A DNA stretch of 63,800 nucleotides, filler included, from Phoronis australis (lineage: Eukaryota; Animalia; Phoronida), in NCBI GenBank assembly GCA_002633005.1. It is 5 parts of 5 records of this genome, joined end to end, with 100 filler letters (N's around TTAATTAATTAA, not from the genome) between each part and the next. Parts side by side here need not be neighbours in the genome. Positions count along the whole stretch, not along the records: positions 1 to 11,492 come from NMRA01001691.1; 4 more parts are not named here. One strand, 5' to 3'. Below, one piece after another: positions 1 through 11,592 of the stretch; within the stretch, counting starts at the first letter, position 1; each line of letters starts with the position of its first letter. Made by a program: the position numbers and the translations under genes. The notes beneath the pieces are model-generated. The model was not told where the DNA came from, did not search any database, and worked only from the letters and a program-made list of their open reading frames with translations.

Positions 1-2
1 GA

Positions 3-533
3 ACAATCTGGATAGCTGCATTCCCACTGAGCCCCCAAGTGTGGGCAGGAATGTCTATCTATCCCGGAGAGGTCGAGTTATTAAGAAACCGCCTCAACTT
101 ATGTCCCCTTGATTCAGTTTACATGTGTCATTGCAGAGAATTGCATCCAGAGGCTGGAGAGTACGAGGAGATCATAGAGAAGAGTTTGAGGCAATACGGA
201 TGCAGAGAGTGTAGTAAAGAATTTACACAGGTTTCGCAGCTTATCCACCACGAGGCGACATGCTGCCGCACTACTATTTTGTACACTTGCTCATGCGGTT
301 TCAGGTTTCCTAGGGCCCACCAGACCCGTCGCCACCAGAGGAAGGCGCAGCACTCTGCAATACCCTCTCGGAAAGAAGAGGTAGCTAACAAGAACCATTG
401 GCGGAGGGTGTGGGAAGCAAAGCGGCGGGCCAGGATGGGTGAGCTCTATCGAGAGCGGGCACCATTTAAAGATGTGGAGTTAGAGAAGTTTGGTGGGGAC
501 GTAGGCAATTGTTGGAATGGGGGAGAACTCTAG
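3..533 (+). CDS. 5'-incomplete ORF with two zinc-finger-like motifs, inside the 3' part of an LTR element
   Basis: The frame is open from window position 3. Motifs: CRECSKEFTQVSQLIHHEATC (C-x2-C-x12-H-x3-C) and CSCGFRFPRAHQTRRHQRKAQH. The ORF lies upstream of a polypurine tract and LTR. Confidence 0.55.
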   Translation, partial: TIWIAAFPLSPQVWAGMSIYPGEVELLRNRLNLCPLDSVYMCHCRELHPEAGEYEEIIEKSLRQYGCRECSKEFTQVSQLIHHEATCCRTTILYTCSCGFRFPRAHQTRRHQRKAQHSAIPSRKEEVANKNHWRRVWEAKRRARMGELYRERAPFKDVELEKFGGDVGNCWNGGEL

Positions 534-805
534 TTGCATTTATTGGTGTTTAAGTTTTACGTTGTTATTGTTGTTGTTAATCGTTTCCGAGATAATTGTT
601 GTCATTTTCTATGCAGATATTTTATTTCTATTTTATTATGATCCTACCGGTCAGGTCTTTGTGTATGTGAATTACTAGAGTTATTGATGTCATTTAAAAT
701 ATCTTGAATATCTTGTTATCACGAGTTGAAGCTGTCGCTCACTGTCACTACTGTATAATTTTGATCTATGTTAAATAATTTACATTAGATCTGAGGTTGG
801 GGGAG

Positions 806-1246
806 TGTGACGGACGCGCCCTCCCTTTGTGAATTATAGAGTTACAGTTTCGCGCCATTTCATTAATTGACTCTTCTAATAGGGGTGTTTCATTACGTCA
901 CTCATGTCATGGACTCACCCTCACGTGCATTCGTTTATTTATAAAAAGCCGCGCACAAGCAGTTTTGGCGGGCTGTCTGGGGTTTGAAACCCGCTCCAGT
1001 CCGACTCTTAAAAACATGAGTGACGTCTTGTAAGTCTACTACAGTTTCGTCTAAAAATTTTAGGGTTACTTCAGTCTCTGATAAATTTTTTCTCATAATT
1101 GTTTGTAATTTTCGACAACATCAATAAATTAGAATGTATTTTTAATCAATTCGAATCTCCTTTTACTCATGCTTTTTAAATATCCAAACTTCAAAACGAC
1201 TGAGCATCTATCCGTCAGGTCGACATCGGCGGTCATCCACCTCACA
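806..1246 (+). mobile_element. 3' LTR of an LTR retrotransposon
   Basis: Polypurine tract GGGGGAG immediately before TGTGA (806); ends TCACA (1246), giving inverted termini. TATA-like TTTATAAAAA at ~938 and AATAAA at ~1123. A 13-bp inverted repeat at 895-907/1014-1026. Confidence 0.7.
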
Positions 1247-1381
1247 CACATAAAACACAACGATCCATATAACACCAACGCTACACTAGTAAAAGAATTT
1301 GAAGTAGAGACGTCAACCAGTTACACGGCTGTCAAGAGCACTTGAAAATTGGCCCATGTGAACTCGGTGACGGTGAGTTCG

Positions 1382-1612
1382 ATAGACAAGCTCAATAAAC
1401 TAGAACCTCATGGATTAAACATATAAAAACTTCTTAAATTATATCATTTAATTATTTCCGCAACAATGTATCATATTCATTACGCCACATCTTAAATGTC
1501 AATTGTCATATAATGTTTGATTTTACTTTATTTCTGTTTCTGTTGACGAAGGACGTTATTATATCCGAAAATTTCAGTTGATCCATTCTTGTGGTTTTAT
1601 TTACCTATATAT
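1382..1612 (+). mobile_element. Penelope-like element 3' end (GIY-YIG C-terminus) with a degenerate minimal hammerhead ribozyme
   Basis: 1382-1426 reads IDKLNKLEPHGLNI*, matching the xLxPxGLN terminus of PLE GIY-YIG domains. 1543-1577 reads tTGACGA-aGGA...TCC-GAAA-ATTTC, resembling the CUGANGA/GAAA hammerhead core. Confidence 0.55.
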
Positions 1613-3327
1613 ATTCTTGATTTTGTTTTGTATGTACCGAAAACTGCACACTGTTTTGTTACAGTGGGCTTTCTTACATGCACAATTTTGGGCTGATGAG
1701 TAGTTAACGTACTCACTTGTGTTGATTGCTAGTAGCCCCATGACGGCAGCCACACAGTTTTGCAAAAAAGCCCCAGTCCCAGACCGTTAAAATCTCAGTT
1801 TCCAAGTTAAACTACACCTGCTGTTAGAACCCAAAGGTGTTACACACATGGAATTTGTAAGGTGTACAATATTTTCTTCTAATTTGCCTCACAGTTAATC
1901 ATAACCAAATGCAAAACAGAAAATTTACCACTACTGTAAACAACTAAACTGTTACCAATCTGAGTGTGTGTTCTTTTCTTTCAGACAACCACAGTAACCA
2001 TACAGTCAGATTTGAAGATGATGGGCACCGGAAAACCAGTTAGATGGAGCGTCATTCTTTATAGTGGGTTCAAAAGTATTGGAGTGTCATCAAGGCTCCA
2101 ACAGGCGAAAGCAAAAACAGGACATGGAATCCCAAAACATCTGAGCAACATTCAGTAAGCACAATAAATCAAGATCAGGCAAGTCTTTGTGACACTTTGC
2201 CATACATCATAAGTGAAGAAGGTGATGACACAGTAGTACTCTAATGAAGAGTGTTTTGTGACAACTGAAAGTGCCGCAGATTTCATAAGGTTTGTAAACA
2301 GTGTCAGGATTGTTTGTAAAGTTTTCTCATCATTAAACCTAGAGCTCATCCTATTGGTATTACAGACTGATCATGCATACGGACAGAATGAACACCAAGC
2401 GAGTCACTGGGTCGGAAAAAAAACAAGGATGTGAAGCATCGCTATGCATGCAGGAAGTTGTTGCTTTCCCAGAGTACAGGGTGAGCAATCTAATATCCTC
2501 CACTTTCTGCAGAACCTATTAAAAAAAGGAAAGCAAAAACCAACTGAGATAAATGTTCTCTCATCATCAACTACATAGCGGAGAATCACGCGTCATTTTA
2601 CATTGTAACCAAGTATAATCAAAGTCCTATACAGTCAAATCAAAACAAACTTCAAACTACATTAAAATGAAGTTAGCCTCAATGACCAATTACTGAAATT
2701 CACTCAGTCTGGACTGTTTAAACATGTCAAACTTGTGAAAGTTCATAGCATGCAGTATTGACACATACTCCAAAAACACAAGCCAAGATAAATTGTTTTT
2801 AAAAATTTGCTGAATGTGCTTTTAAGCGATTACTTCAGTCAGTACAAAGTTAACTTAGTTTGCTCTAGTCTGAACTTTCTGATTTTAAGATGATGTCATA
2901 TCTGGCTATGCTAAGGAAATACATCATGTTGTTGCTACTCATACCTTATTTTCATGTAGAATCCCTGACTACATTTTCCATAGTCATCTTTTATCAAACT
3001 CCCGTTTTGACCACAATGTATATTATATCAAAACTATAACACAAGAAGAACTACCAAAAGATCTCAGTAACAAGAACTATAAATTTTCCAGGTCCCAAAA
3101 GACACTGCTTTTCACAGAGAAACGTTTTGCAATGACTTGATAACGCCTAACTATGAGCAACTTTGTGTTGAAAAATACATATTTGTTGACTTGCCACCAC
3201 CAAAGAAACATTCATCTCATGTCATGAATATGGTAACAACCACATCAACTGCAGGAGCATCCCCCACTGTTTATCATTTTGAAAATAGGCTATCAAAAGT
3301 TTTCTATTGAATAAAAACTGACTGTTA

Positions 3328-4920
3328 TACGGTGGCCCGAAAGTATCATCGCTAGTTTAGTTTATTTTATTTTTCCTTTTTCACCTAGGAGGAAAGAATT
3401 CAACCTAGGTGGAAATTATTTTCACCCAGGTGGAAACTGCTTCAACCTAGATGGAAATTATTTCCACCCGGGTGGAAATTATTTCAACCTAGGTGGAAAT
3501 TATTTTCACCAGGGTGGAAACTATTTCAACCTAGGTGAAAATTATTTTCACCCGGGTGGAAATAATTTTCTCCTGTGTGGAAATTATTTTCACCTGGGTG
3601 GAATTATTTTTACCTGGATGGAAATTATTTCATCATAGGTTGAATTTATTTCCGCCTGGGTGGAAATGTTATTCATCCGGACACCTGTTTTCATCTTTCT
3701 TGTGACTGGATGAATTTTTTGAGGTGAAGGTCAATTGTGCCTGCCATTTTAGTCAACAAAGTGCAGATTAAATTTCAATGTCGGTGCCTTATCTAGCTTT
3801 TAGAGTTGGCGTGGACTTTAACGAAGAGTGTGATTATGTATTACATTAGTCTGGGGTTCACGTACAAGGTGATAATTGACTTTTTGCGTGTTTACCACAA
3901 TTACTGCCTTAGCCTTGTTCAGTTGAAACGTGTTAGAAGGAGACTTGGGATAAGGCGGAGGTGCTGCCACAAAGAACCCGTTCAAGGGGTCATCAGCGTT
4001 ACTGAAAATGAGCTACGTGGCAGCGGCAAGCATCTTGGTTATCGGGCAATGCACAAGTTACAGAAGGTACACCAAGTCATCAGTGATCGCGACACTGTGC
4101 GAGTCATTCTAAAGCACCTAGACCCAGGTGTTGAAATAAAAAGTCAAAGACATCTTCAAAGAAGGCAGTATTGTGCCAGAGGTCCAAATGATCTATGGCA
4201 CGTGAACGGATGGGAAAACTGAAACCCTTCGGTTTCTGTATTCACGGTGGAATTGACGGGTTTTCTCGCAGGATTTCATGGTTAGAGGTAACCTCAACAA
4301 ACAATGATCGATCTGCAGTTTGCCAGTATTTTTTAAATGCAATTGTACAACTCAGTGGCTTGCCCAATGTGGTGAGGTCAGATCGTGGTATTGAAAACGT
4401 GCACATTGAGCGGATGCAGTCCTTCTTGCGCAGTGCCAACAATGACTCCCACGCTAGACTTCAGACTTTGGATGCTCCACTAACAACCAGTGAATTGAAT
4501 CTTGGTGGAGTAAGTTCGGTTCTAGAGGGATGACAACATGGATTGATCATTTCAAGGAGCTGGCTAATGCAGTAGTAATTGACATGTCGAATACCCTACA
4601 CATAGACTGTTGTAGGTTTTCTTGTATGCATTTGCTGAGAAATGAATTAGACGAAATAAGAATGCTCTGGCACACGCATCATATTCGATCGTCAAGAAAT
4701 TATTTTTTTGCCATCTGGAAGACCTGATGTAATTGCATGCATGCTGGACACCATTTCTAACCTGCTTACAGTCAACCAGTCTGTTTGGAGTAGCCCTGAT
4801 CATGAGGAAGTGTTCCAAGTTCTCATGAGAGAAGGAAATCAAGCAACACCCAATTGCCTGGACGAGGGTGACAGCACCTTGGTTTTCATGTTGGATAAAG
4901 TTGACTCGTATCTAAATTAA
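3328..4920 (+). mobile_element. IS3EU-type DNA transposon: left end plus decayed DDE integrase-core transposase (frameshifted ORFs at 3806-4920)
   Basis: TACGGTGGCC terminus at 3328. Motifs LGYRAMH, RRQYCARGPNDLWH, KLKPFGFCIHGGIDGFSRRI, VRSDRGIEN, ELDEIRMLWHTHHIR and PSGRPD are spread over four overlapping frames. Confidence 0.75.
3378..3682. repeat. Tandem array of about 14-15 palindromic 21-bp units (consensus TATTTTCACCYRGGTGGAAAT)
   Basis: Directly visible at 21-nt spacing, with centres CCTAGG, CCCAGG, CCCGGG, CCAGGG and CCTGGG. It lies between the IS3EU terminus and the transposase. Confidence 0.9.
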
Positions 4921-5822
4921 GGGTTCCTGTGTGTCATGAGAGCCGTTTTGAACTAGAAAGGATGATTGGAAACGTTGCCTCATCCAATAAAATAGCGTTT
5001 TCCATGACCTGTTTTGACTCATCGCAGTAACGAGTTAAGATTTTGCTGAAATTGAATTTCCCCAGAAATTAGCAAAAAGTTCGGAATGTTTTACTGCGGA
5101 GAACATTGTGTTTTACAATAACGATATTGTCTTTGACCAAAAAATTGCAACTATGTTGGAGAAAGATTGAAAGAAACTCCCACCTGCAGAGCTGACTTCT
5201 GATTTGACACATCACAAATAATTGATTGTAACTGATGCTCACGTACACTTTTAAAATTAAGATGAAATCTTTAAAAATTTGTGATATGCTCTGATAATGA
5301 AAAATGTTTCCATCCGATGTTGCAGTGAAATAGTGCTGTGCATGCTCAATTGTAAAACCTGTAGTCCAATTAGACTCAGAATGAGAAGCTGTTTGTGGAA
5401 TGCTATATCCCTTTTACTTCTGTTACTATTGTAACGTCAGGTTCCTTGCCAGTTTGACGATGAGTCGCTTTGACGATGAGAATCTGTTTTATGATAACAG
5501 TTGACAACCGTTTGTAAGACGAACAAAGCTCAAGTGAGGATGATACACTTCCAGTCTCAGCCTCACCTTTCCAAGGCGACCACCAACTTTGCACAACTTG
5601 ACTCACCTCACACAGACACCCGATTTCAACATCAATGAACTCATCCTTGTCAATGTCATCTCCTTCAAGACATTCATCAGGTAAAAACTGATGGGAGACT
5701 GACACTCCGGGTCACGCACAGTGCCATCTTTGAAAATGACAATTTAAATCATGTCAGATTTTTTTAATACGGGAGATGATGTTACCATTTTTACATGATT
5801 ACACCTTGGGCTGAATTATTTT

Positions 5823-6135
5823 GTGACTTTATTGTGGGAAACACTGGTGGAACGAAACTTGTTAGGCGAGGATGCATTGCAAGGAGAAAGGGACCGCAAA
5901 ATTATGCACTGGAAATTAAAAAAATGGAACTGGAGTACGAGTTCAGAATGCGGGGTTTATAGATGGAGGAAATTCTGGAACAACAGAGACTGTAAGTTGA
6001 GCATGCCAAGATTGAGCTGCAGAAGCTAAAACAGACGTCAGTAACACTTAACGTTGCTAAAAATATTTCACTGGTGCCTAAGTTTAGTGAGATGCATGTG
6101 AATAAGTATTCCCTCAGTTTGAAAAGGTGGATCAA
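5823..6135 (+). mobile_element. Gypsy gag remnant
   Basis: A coiled-coil-like stretch followed by NVAKNISLVPKFSEMHVNKY, resembling the DVxKxIxLVPxFxExxVDxYF gag motif. Contains stops and frameshifts. Confidence 0.55.
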
Positions 6136-6660
6136 CAACTAAAGAAAGAAAACCACCAGAAAAACTTAAAACGCTGTACCTCAAAGGGAAGAGCGCATAT
6201 AACTTAATTTTGTCATCAAAGGGTGACTGCAATACTTAGATCCTGTTTTTATTTCAATTTGCTTCTGAATTAGACAATGAATCTTACGTCTTTCTTTACA
6301 AAAATTAACATAAAAATATCTTTCCTGTTGGTAAATTGGACATTATAGCATCCTTCATCAAACCAGTGTCATTTGTGAGGGTAACTTTAAGTTCTTTCTC
6401 CCAAAGCACACAATGACAAATATAAAGGATGAGGGGCTCTTAAAGGCTATTGTGTACATTCATAATGCATTATGTTATCATTTTCATATTTGATCAACAG
6501 GTGCAGAAGTTGGGGCTGGTATGTTCAAGCAGTGGGATAAAGAATGCAAAAACTTTTACTGGATGAAAAGATGAAATAAAAGCGAAAGTCCTCAGAAGAA
6601 GTTAGTCCAGCCCACACTCAAAGAATAAGCTAATGCAAATTTTCACCCAAACACTGACTT

Positions 6661-7000
6661 TGATATATTTGTTTATATGTTCGTATTGTTTTGTTCATCG
6701 GAGCACAACAATAAAGTTTCCAGTTCTTGACACAATGGTGGTCAGTTACATTTAAGTAAGCGGTTGAACATATAAGACAACATCGTCGCGACTACTGCAC
6801 TGACACGCGAACAATTTACATGGTGCCCCAGGTGAGGAATGTCGGATAAGTTTCTAGCGCCCGAACCCTTGAAACAGGGTGGAAACCTGCCGGAACAATG
6901 GAAAAGATTTCGGAGGAATTTCGAAATTTTCTTGACAGCCACAAACCGAGACAATGCAGCGGACAAAGTCAAAGTGGCTCTGCTTCTTAGAACAATACAA
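6661..7000 (+). mobile_element. Gypsy (Mag-like) 5' fragment: short LTR, tRNA-Ile primer-binding site, gag start
   Basis: The LTR ends ...TTTACA at 6820. PBS TGGTGCCCCAGGTGAGG (6821-6837) is complementary to a tRNA-Ile(UAU)-type 3' end. Gag begins MSDKFLAPEPLKQGGNLPEQWKRFRRNFEIFLTAT...KVALLL. The LTR start is approximate. Confidence 0.75.
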
Positions 7001-7199
7001 TACGAACATATAAACAATATTGTGCTAAGTTGTATTCTTAACCAAAAATAAGAAAAAAAGTTTTTGCATTATAATCTGGTAGAAATGAAAGTATGAATTG
7101 TCCACTGAATAGTGAAACTATAATTATTATTCAGCAATGAGAAAAAATACTACAAACATTGCTCGAAGGCAAGGGGCTAACCCAAGTAGATATGCATGC

Positions 7200-7770
7200 A
7201 TAACCCTGGATGGCACTGACCAACAGAAAATCAATCTATCTGCATTTAATATATATATATAGCAAAACATAAATTAAGAACACATCTCACTGGTGTTATC
7301 AACCAAACCATCAGGTTTTTTGAAGTTGGGCACATGGACCAGATGTAACAGCCAATGTCCTGCTGCGAACATTATCATCAATGAGTTATTTGCCCCCCAT
7401 TTTGTATCTGCCGAGGGATAGTTGTTGGAGGGAAAACAAAAATATTGTATAGTTTTTGGGCTCTATGCAATGTTGGTTGAAATGCGTATTTTTTAAAAAT
7501 CAAAGTTGGTTTTTTAATGGTGGGCCATACACATGGGGATGTAGATCAAGTTTTTTTTCAGTTTTTCTATGTACATGGCTCGTCATTCTATTCTAACAAT
7601 TCCAAAATTGATAAAAGCCTTCCCAAAATATACCAGTCCAAGCCCTATATCTTTTTTATTTCAAAAATGTACAACATAACTGATTGGATAAAACCACACT
7701 TAAATGCCATGCACAACCATTCACTACCTCATCAGTTCAAAATTTACCCTTGATAATGGCAAGTGCACCA
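7200..7770 (+). mobile_element. Decayed Sola-like transposase fragment
   Basis: Motifs LPPILYL..DSCWRENKN and KIKVGFLMVGHTHGDVDQVF match the DNCxxENKN / GHTHEDxDQ transposase pattern. Many frameshifts. Confidence 0.6.
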
Positions 7771-8559
7771 CTGAAAGTGGTCCAGCGACATCACCTGGAC
7801 ACCAGTGTGGTAGGTATCGGGTTTTATCAAAGCTGTTACATATTACATTCAATTCATGTGCAAGTTTTTGCATCAAAGAGTTTGGCATTAACACATTACT
7901 CTGGTACTAAACATTCACAATGTCTTGTTTTTGCTGAAGAATTATGACTTATTTGTCGTACTCCTTTCACTGTTAACTGAACTTGTCACGATTTAGTAAG
8001 ACTTATGACTGAGTCCTAAGTGTCACTTCAAGACACGCACACAAGTTTAATCATAAGAGAGGACTGTAGCAGTCTGTGCCAGCATTCTTGCTGAATTTGC
8101 TTGTCAGATTGTTGTCCTGCCCAGTTGTACATTTGGCCAAAGGAAGCTATAGACAGAAGACGGATAGGTTGCCTGCCAGAAACTGCTCACAACCATCCAA
8201 AGCCAGCCTCTCACTAGCCATAAAATCTGAGATCCATAAAGCAGTGAAGAAAGACTGTAGCATTTCCACCAATCAACTGCAGAAGGGACAAGGAATTGGA
8301 TCTATACCCACCAAAAAATCAGCACCCACAGCAACTGCTTGAAGAATGTCGAAAAGCAAGCCACTGTTGCAACTCTCTGTGTACTTCATATTCACCTGAC
8401 ACAAACTTGGATCACTGAGCAATACTGCGTGGTCAAGCAATGAAAGGAAAAAGAGAAAATTGTTGTCGTTTGCTTTTCCAGCAAACACCAGACTCGGGTG
8501 AGTTTGCTCTCAGTGTCTGTGTAGCATTTGGTAACGAGCAGCAGGAATGTGAAGTCAAA

Positions 8560-9437
8560 AACTAGGTGGACTCAACTGAGCTTGGTGTGCAGTGTGAGCT
8601 TTTGACAACAGATGCGTGTTACCGTGTGAAGAGATTTGAGAGAAATGACGAAGCGTTTCAGAGCAAGACAGGTTTTAACTCGTAGTCATTTTTTGATGTT
8701 ATATAAAATACTGGGTCCTTCTGTAGACTATCTTTCTTACAAAAGTTTGATCCTAGGCCCACAAGATGAACTGTTTTTGACCCTAGTCAAGCTCCGGCGT
8801 GCCAAAGAAGACTTTCAGTTGGCAACTGACTTTAGCTTCAGAAAGGGCACTGTGATCTTTAAGATATGGGTGACGTTTATGTATTTTGAACTAAAGGAGT
8901 TAGACCTGTGGCCCAGTAGAGAAATCGTGGACAAATATTTCCCCACACATTTCAAACACCAATTCCCATCAACGTGGATTACTCTTTACGCCACTGAAAA
9001 GTCCGACTGAAAAAATGTCTAACTGTAACTCACAGCGAAGTACATGGTCATCGTGTAAAAATTCCCGCTAAAGAAAATGGTGGCCCAGCTATGGTGGCTA
9101 TGTCAGCGATAGACAGATTACTGAAAGGAGTTCTCTCCTTTCTGACAGATCATGTTTTAAAAATGGAGACTCCATTTTAGTCGATAGAGGGCTTCTAGTG
9201 CATAACCTGTTTGCAACTCGTGACGTTAAAGTGAACGTGCCTACTACAATGAAAGGAAAGAACGAGCTTGATGCAATGATTGTAATAAAAGATCGCACAA
9301 TAACAACAATGTGCATTCACGTCAAACGAGTGGTAGGATATGCCAGGACTTTTCAGATCCTGCAAAAGAAATTGCCTTCAATTAGCGTTACTTGGGCAGC
9401 GCTACAAAGTATGTTGTGTTTATGCTTACAAAACTAA
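8560..9437 (+). mobile_element. Decayed ISL2EU/PIF-Harbinger-type transposase (HTH plus DDE_Tnp_4-like)
   Basis: Motifs DELFLTLVKLRR, LWPSREIVDKYFP..FK..FPST, YGGYVSDRQITE, GDSILVDRG and IHVKRVVGYARTFQIL across frameshifted ORFs. Confidence 0.75.
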
Positions 9438-9671
9438 TAATTACTTACACCATCATCTAATGATTACTATTCAAACATAACAAAAAAGTTTGTCTTGTTA
9501 CTTTGTGTTTCAATGCAAATTTATCACTACCAACAAGTTGTTTAGAGTGTATATATAGCCATGTCTAACTTTTCGGCCAAGTAGCGTTTTGATCAACGGT
9601 TGTTGCTAGGAAGTTTTAAGACAACCACTCACATAGAGACGTCTTTGTTTTAGGATTCAATGAATCAACTA

Positions 9672-10904
9672 CCGTAATCGTTCGGGTTAACGCCCATGCT
9701 CAGTTCACCGCCCACCCCTACTTTAGGTGGATTTTCGATTTAACCGCCCACTGCTCGGTTAACCGCCCCCCTGCTATTTTTGAAGATTTCCAATTAAGCG
9801 CCCACCTCTCGGTTAAGCGCCCATCCCCTACTTTTGACGATTGGTGATTACCGCCCTGTGCTAATAGGAAACGCGAATCCCCGACCTTTTAGATTAAGAT
9901 CGATGATAACATTGAGTGCAACGACGGCCTCAGAGACCGCGGTTTAGCAATGTGAATTATGATACCAGTAACAAATTATTGTAACGGGTCATCGATTAAC
10001 TTCAAAATGTAATACTTGAACACTTTGTCACTTTCTTTTCTTCTCATGTTCGCAAACTTTAGGAACCGCGCTGGCGTCTACACCTCCACTTTCAGCCACA
10101 ATCTCTGCCGCACTGAGTTATCGACTACAGTGCACTATATAAAAGATGCATTCGAAATAACCAGGTCAGAGAAATGTGACATTGNNNNNNNNNNNNNNNN
10201 NNNNNNNNNNNNNNNNNNNNNNNNNNNNNNNNNNNNNNNNNNNNNNNNNNNNNNNNNNNNNNNNNNNNNNNNNNNNNNNNNNNNNNNNNNNNNNNNNNNN
10301 NNNNNNNNNNNNNNNNNNNNNNNNNNNNNNNNNNNNNNNNNNNNNNNNNNNNNNNNNNNNNNNNNNNNNNNNNNNNNNNNNNNNNNNNNNNNNNNNNNNN
10401 NNNNNNNNNNNNNNNNNNNNNNNNNNNNNNNNNNNNNNNNNNNNNNNNNNNNNNNNNNNNNNNNNNNNNNNNNNNNNNNNNNNNNNNNNNNNNNNNNNNN
10501 NNNNNNNNNNNNNNNNNNNNNNNNNNNNNNNNNNNNNNNNNNNNNNNNNNNNNNNNNNNNNAGCAAACTTTCTATGCAAGCGTTCGGAGTTTGACCACAC
10601 TCTACATTTTCGAAACTATTTGTTAATTAGAGTGCGCAGAGTACGCACTTGGTGGCGATAAAGTTCTTTTCAAAGTGTTAGGCGATCCCAGTATGTGGCT
10701 TAGTACGTGTGGTGACTCAGATCATAAGGTAAGATTAACCGCCCAGGGCGGTTGCCTGTCGTAATAAGCGCCCATGTTCAGTTAACCGCCCCCCCGATTT
10801 CTTGAAATTTCACGTTTAAGCGCCCATGTCTGGTTAACCGCCCACCCCCGATTTTTTGGGTTCGCCAATTTAACCGCCCAGGGCGTTAACCCGAACGATT
10901 ACGG
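9672..10904. mobile_element. Non-autonomous Tc1/mariner-pogo-type TIR element (contains an N gap)
   Basis: Perfect TIR CCGTAATCGTTCGGGTTAACGCCC at both ends, TA on both flanks, and multiple subterminal TTAA(C/G)CGCCC repeats. Confidence 0.85.
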
Positions 10905-11492
10905 TACTTCACACAAAAAGGTACACTACACCACATAAAAACACTATAGGACATAGGAACGCCAAGAAACATGTAATGGGAATTAATTGTGCATCATGTT
11001 TCATGACCTTGTGAACCTGACAGCACATGGTTTTGTGTCTCGCTGTCATGCATGTTTTAGGTAAATTATTTAGACACCACAGTCATGTGACAAACAGTGT
11101 ACCTGCAAGTTAACGCGGTAACCGGTTTCAGTTACGGAAGGTATATTGAATATTGATAATGGTTGTCAAAGTTGGAGAACTATGTAAATATATGACTAGG
11201 CACCTCCCGTTGCCTATTAGTTTTAGTTGTTTCGCTGGAATTTGCAAGCAGCTCAGTGGCAATTGCTTTCTGTCGAGTTTTCCTTTATGTAAAGACAATT
11301 AGTAACAAAGTGAACACTCATGGAGATCCTTCATTGAGCGGGGTGCAGGCCATGGGTTTGTTAGCAATCTAATTCTCGGCTCTCTGTTTGAAGGTATAGA
11401 CTTGGAGCCCTAAGAGCAGCTTCAGTGCATTTCACAAGCAAATTGCATTTCATGTAAACGCGCTAAAGGATGGACATGAAGACCCAACCCCC

Positions 11493-11592
11493 NNNNNNNN
11501 NNNNNNNNNNNNNNNNNNNNNNNNNNNNNNNNNNNNTTAATTAATTAANNNNNNNNNNNNNNNNNNNNNNNNNNNNNNNNNNNNNNNNNNNN
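11493..11592. other. Artificial assembly spacer N44-TTAATTAATTAA-N44 (also at 21162-21261, 53175-53274 and 62252-62351)
   Basis: The identical 100-nt pattern occurs four times. The 12-mer puts stop codons in all six frames. Confidence 0.95.

Noticed and set aside
1960-2600. Possible decayed coding region (Cys-rich, PHD-like fragments)
   Set aside because: Multiple stops in every frame and no motif I can assign with confidence.
3378-3682. CRISPR array
   Set aside because: The units abut with no unique spacers, there are no cas genes, and the context is eukaryotic. It is better explained as a transposon subterminal array.
10016-10661. ORFs of 140-190 aa spanning N runs (also most ORFs at 32478-32981)
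   Set aside because: Their length comes from Ns. Only the THAP portion at 32803-33024 has a recognisable motif.
11330-11460. Continuation of GSTK1-A (LLVKCTEAALRAP on the minus strand resembles LKETTEAA)
   Set aside because: No GAFGxP or FGSDR motif, no convincing splice sites, and it lies across an artificial spacer.
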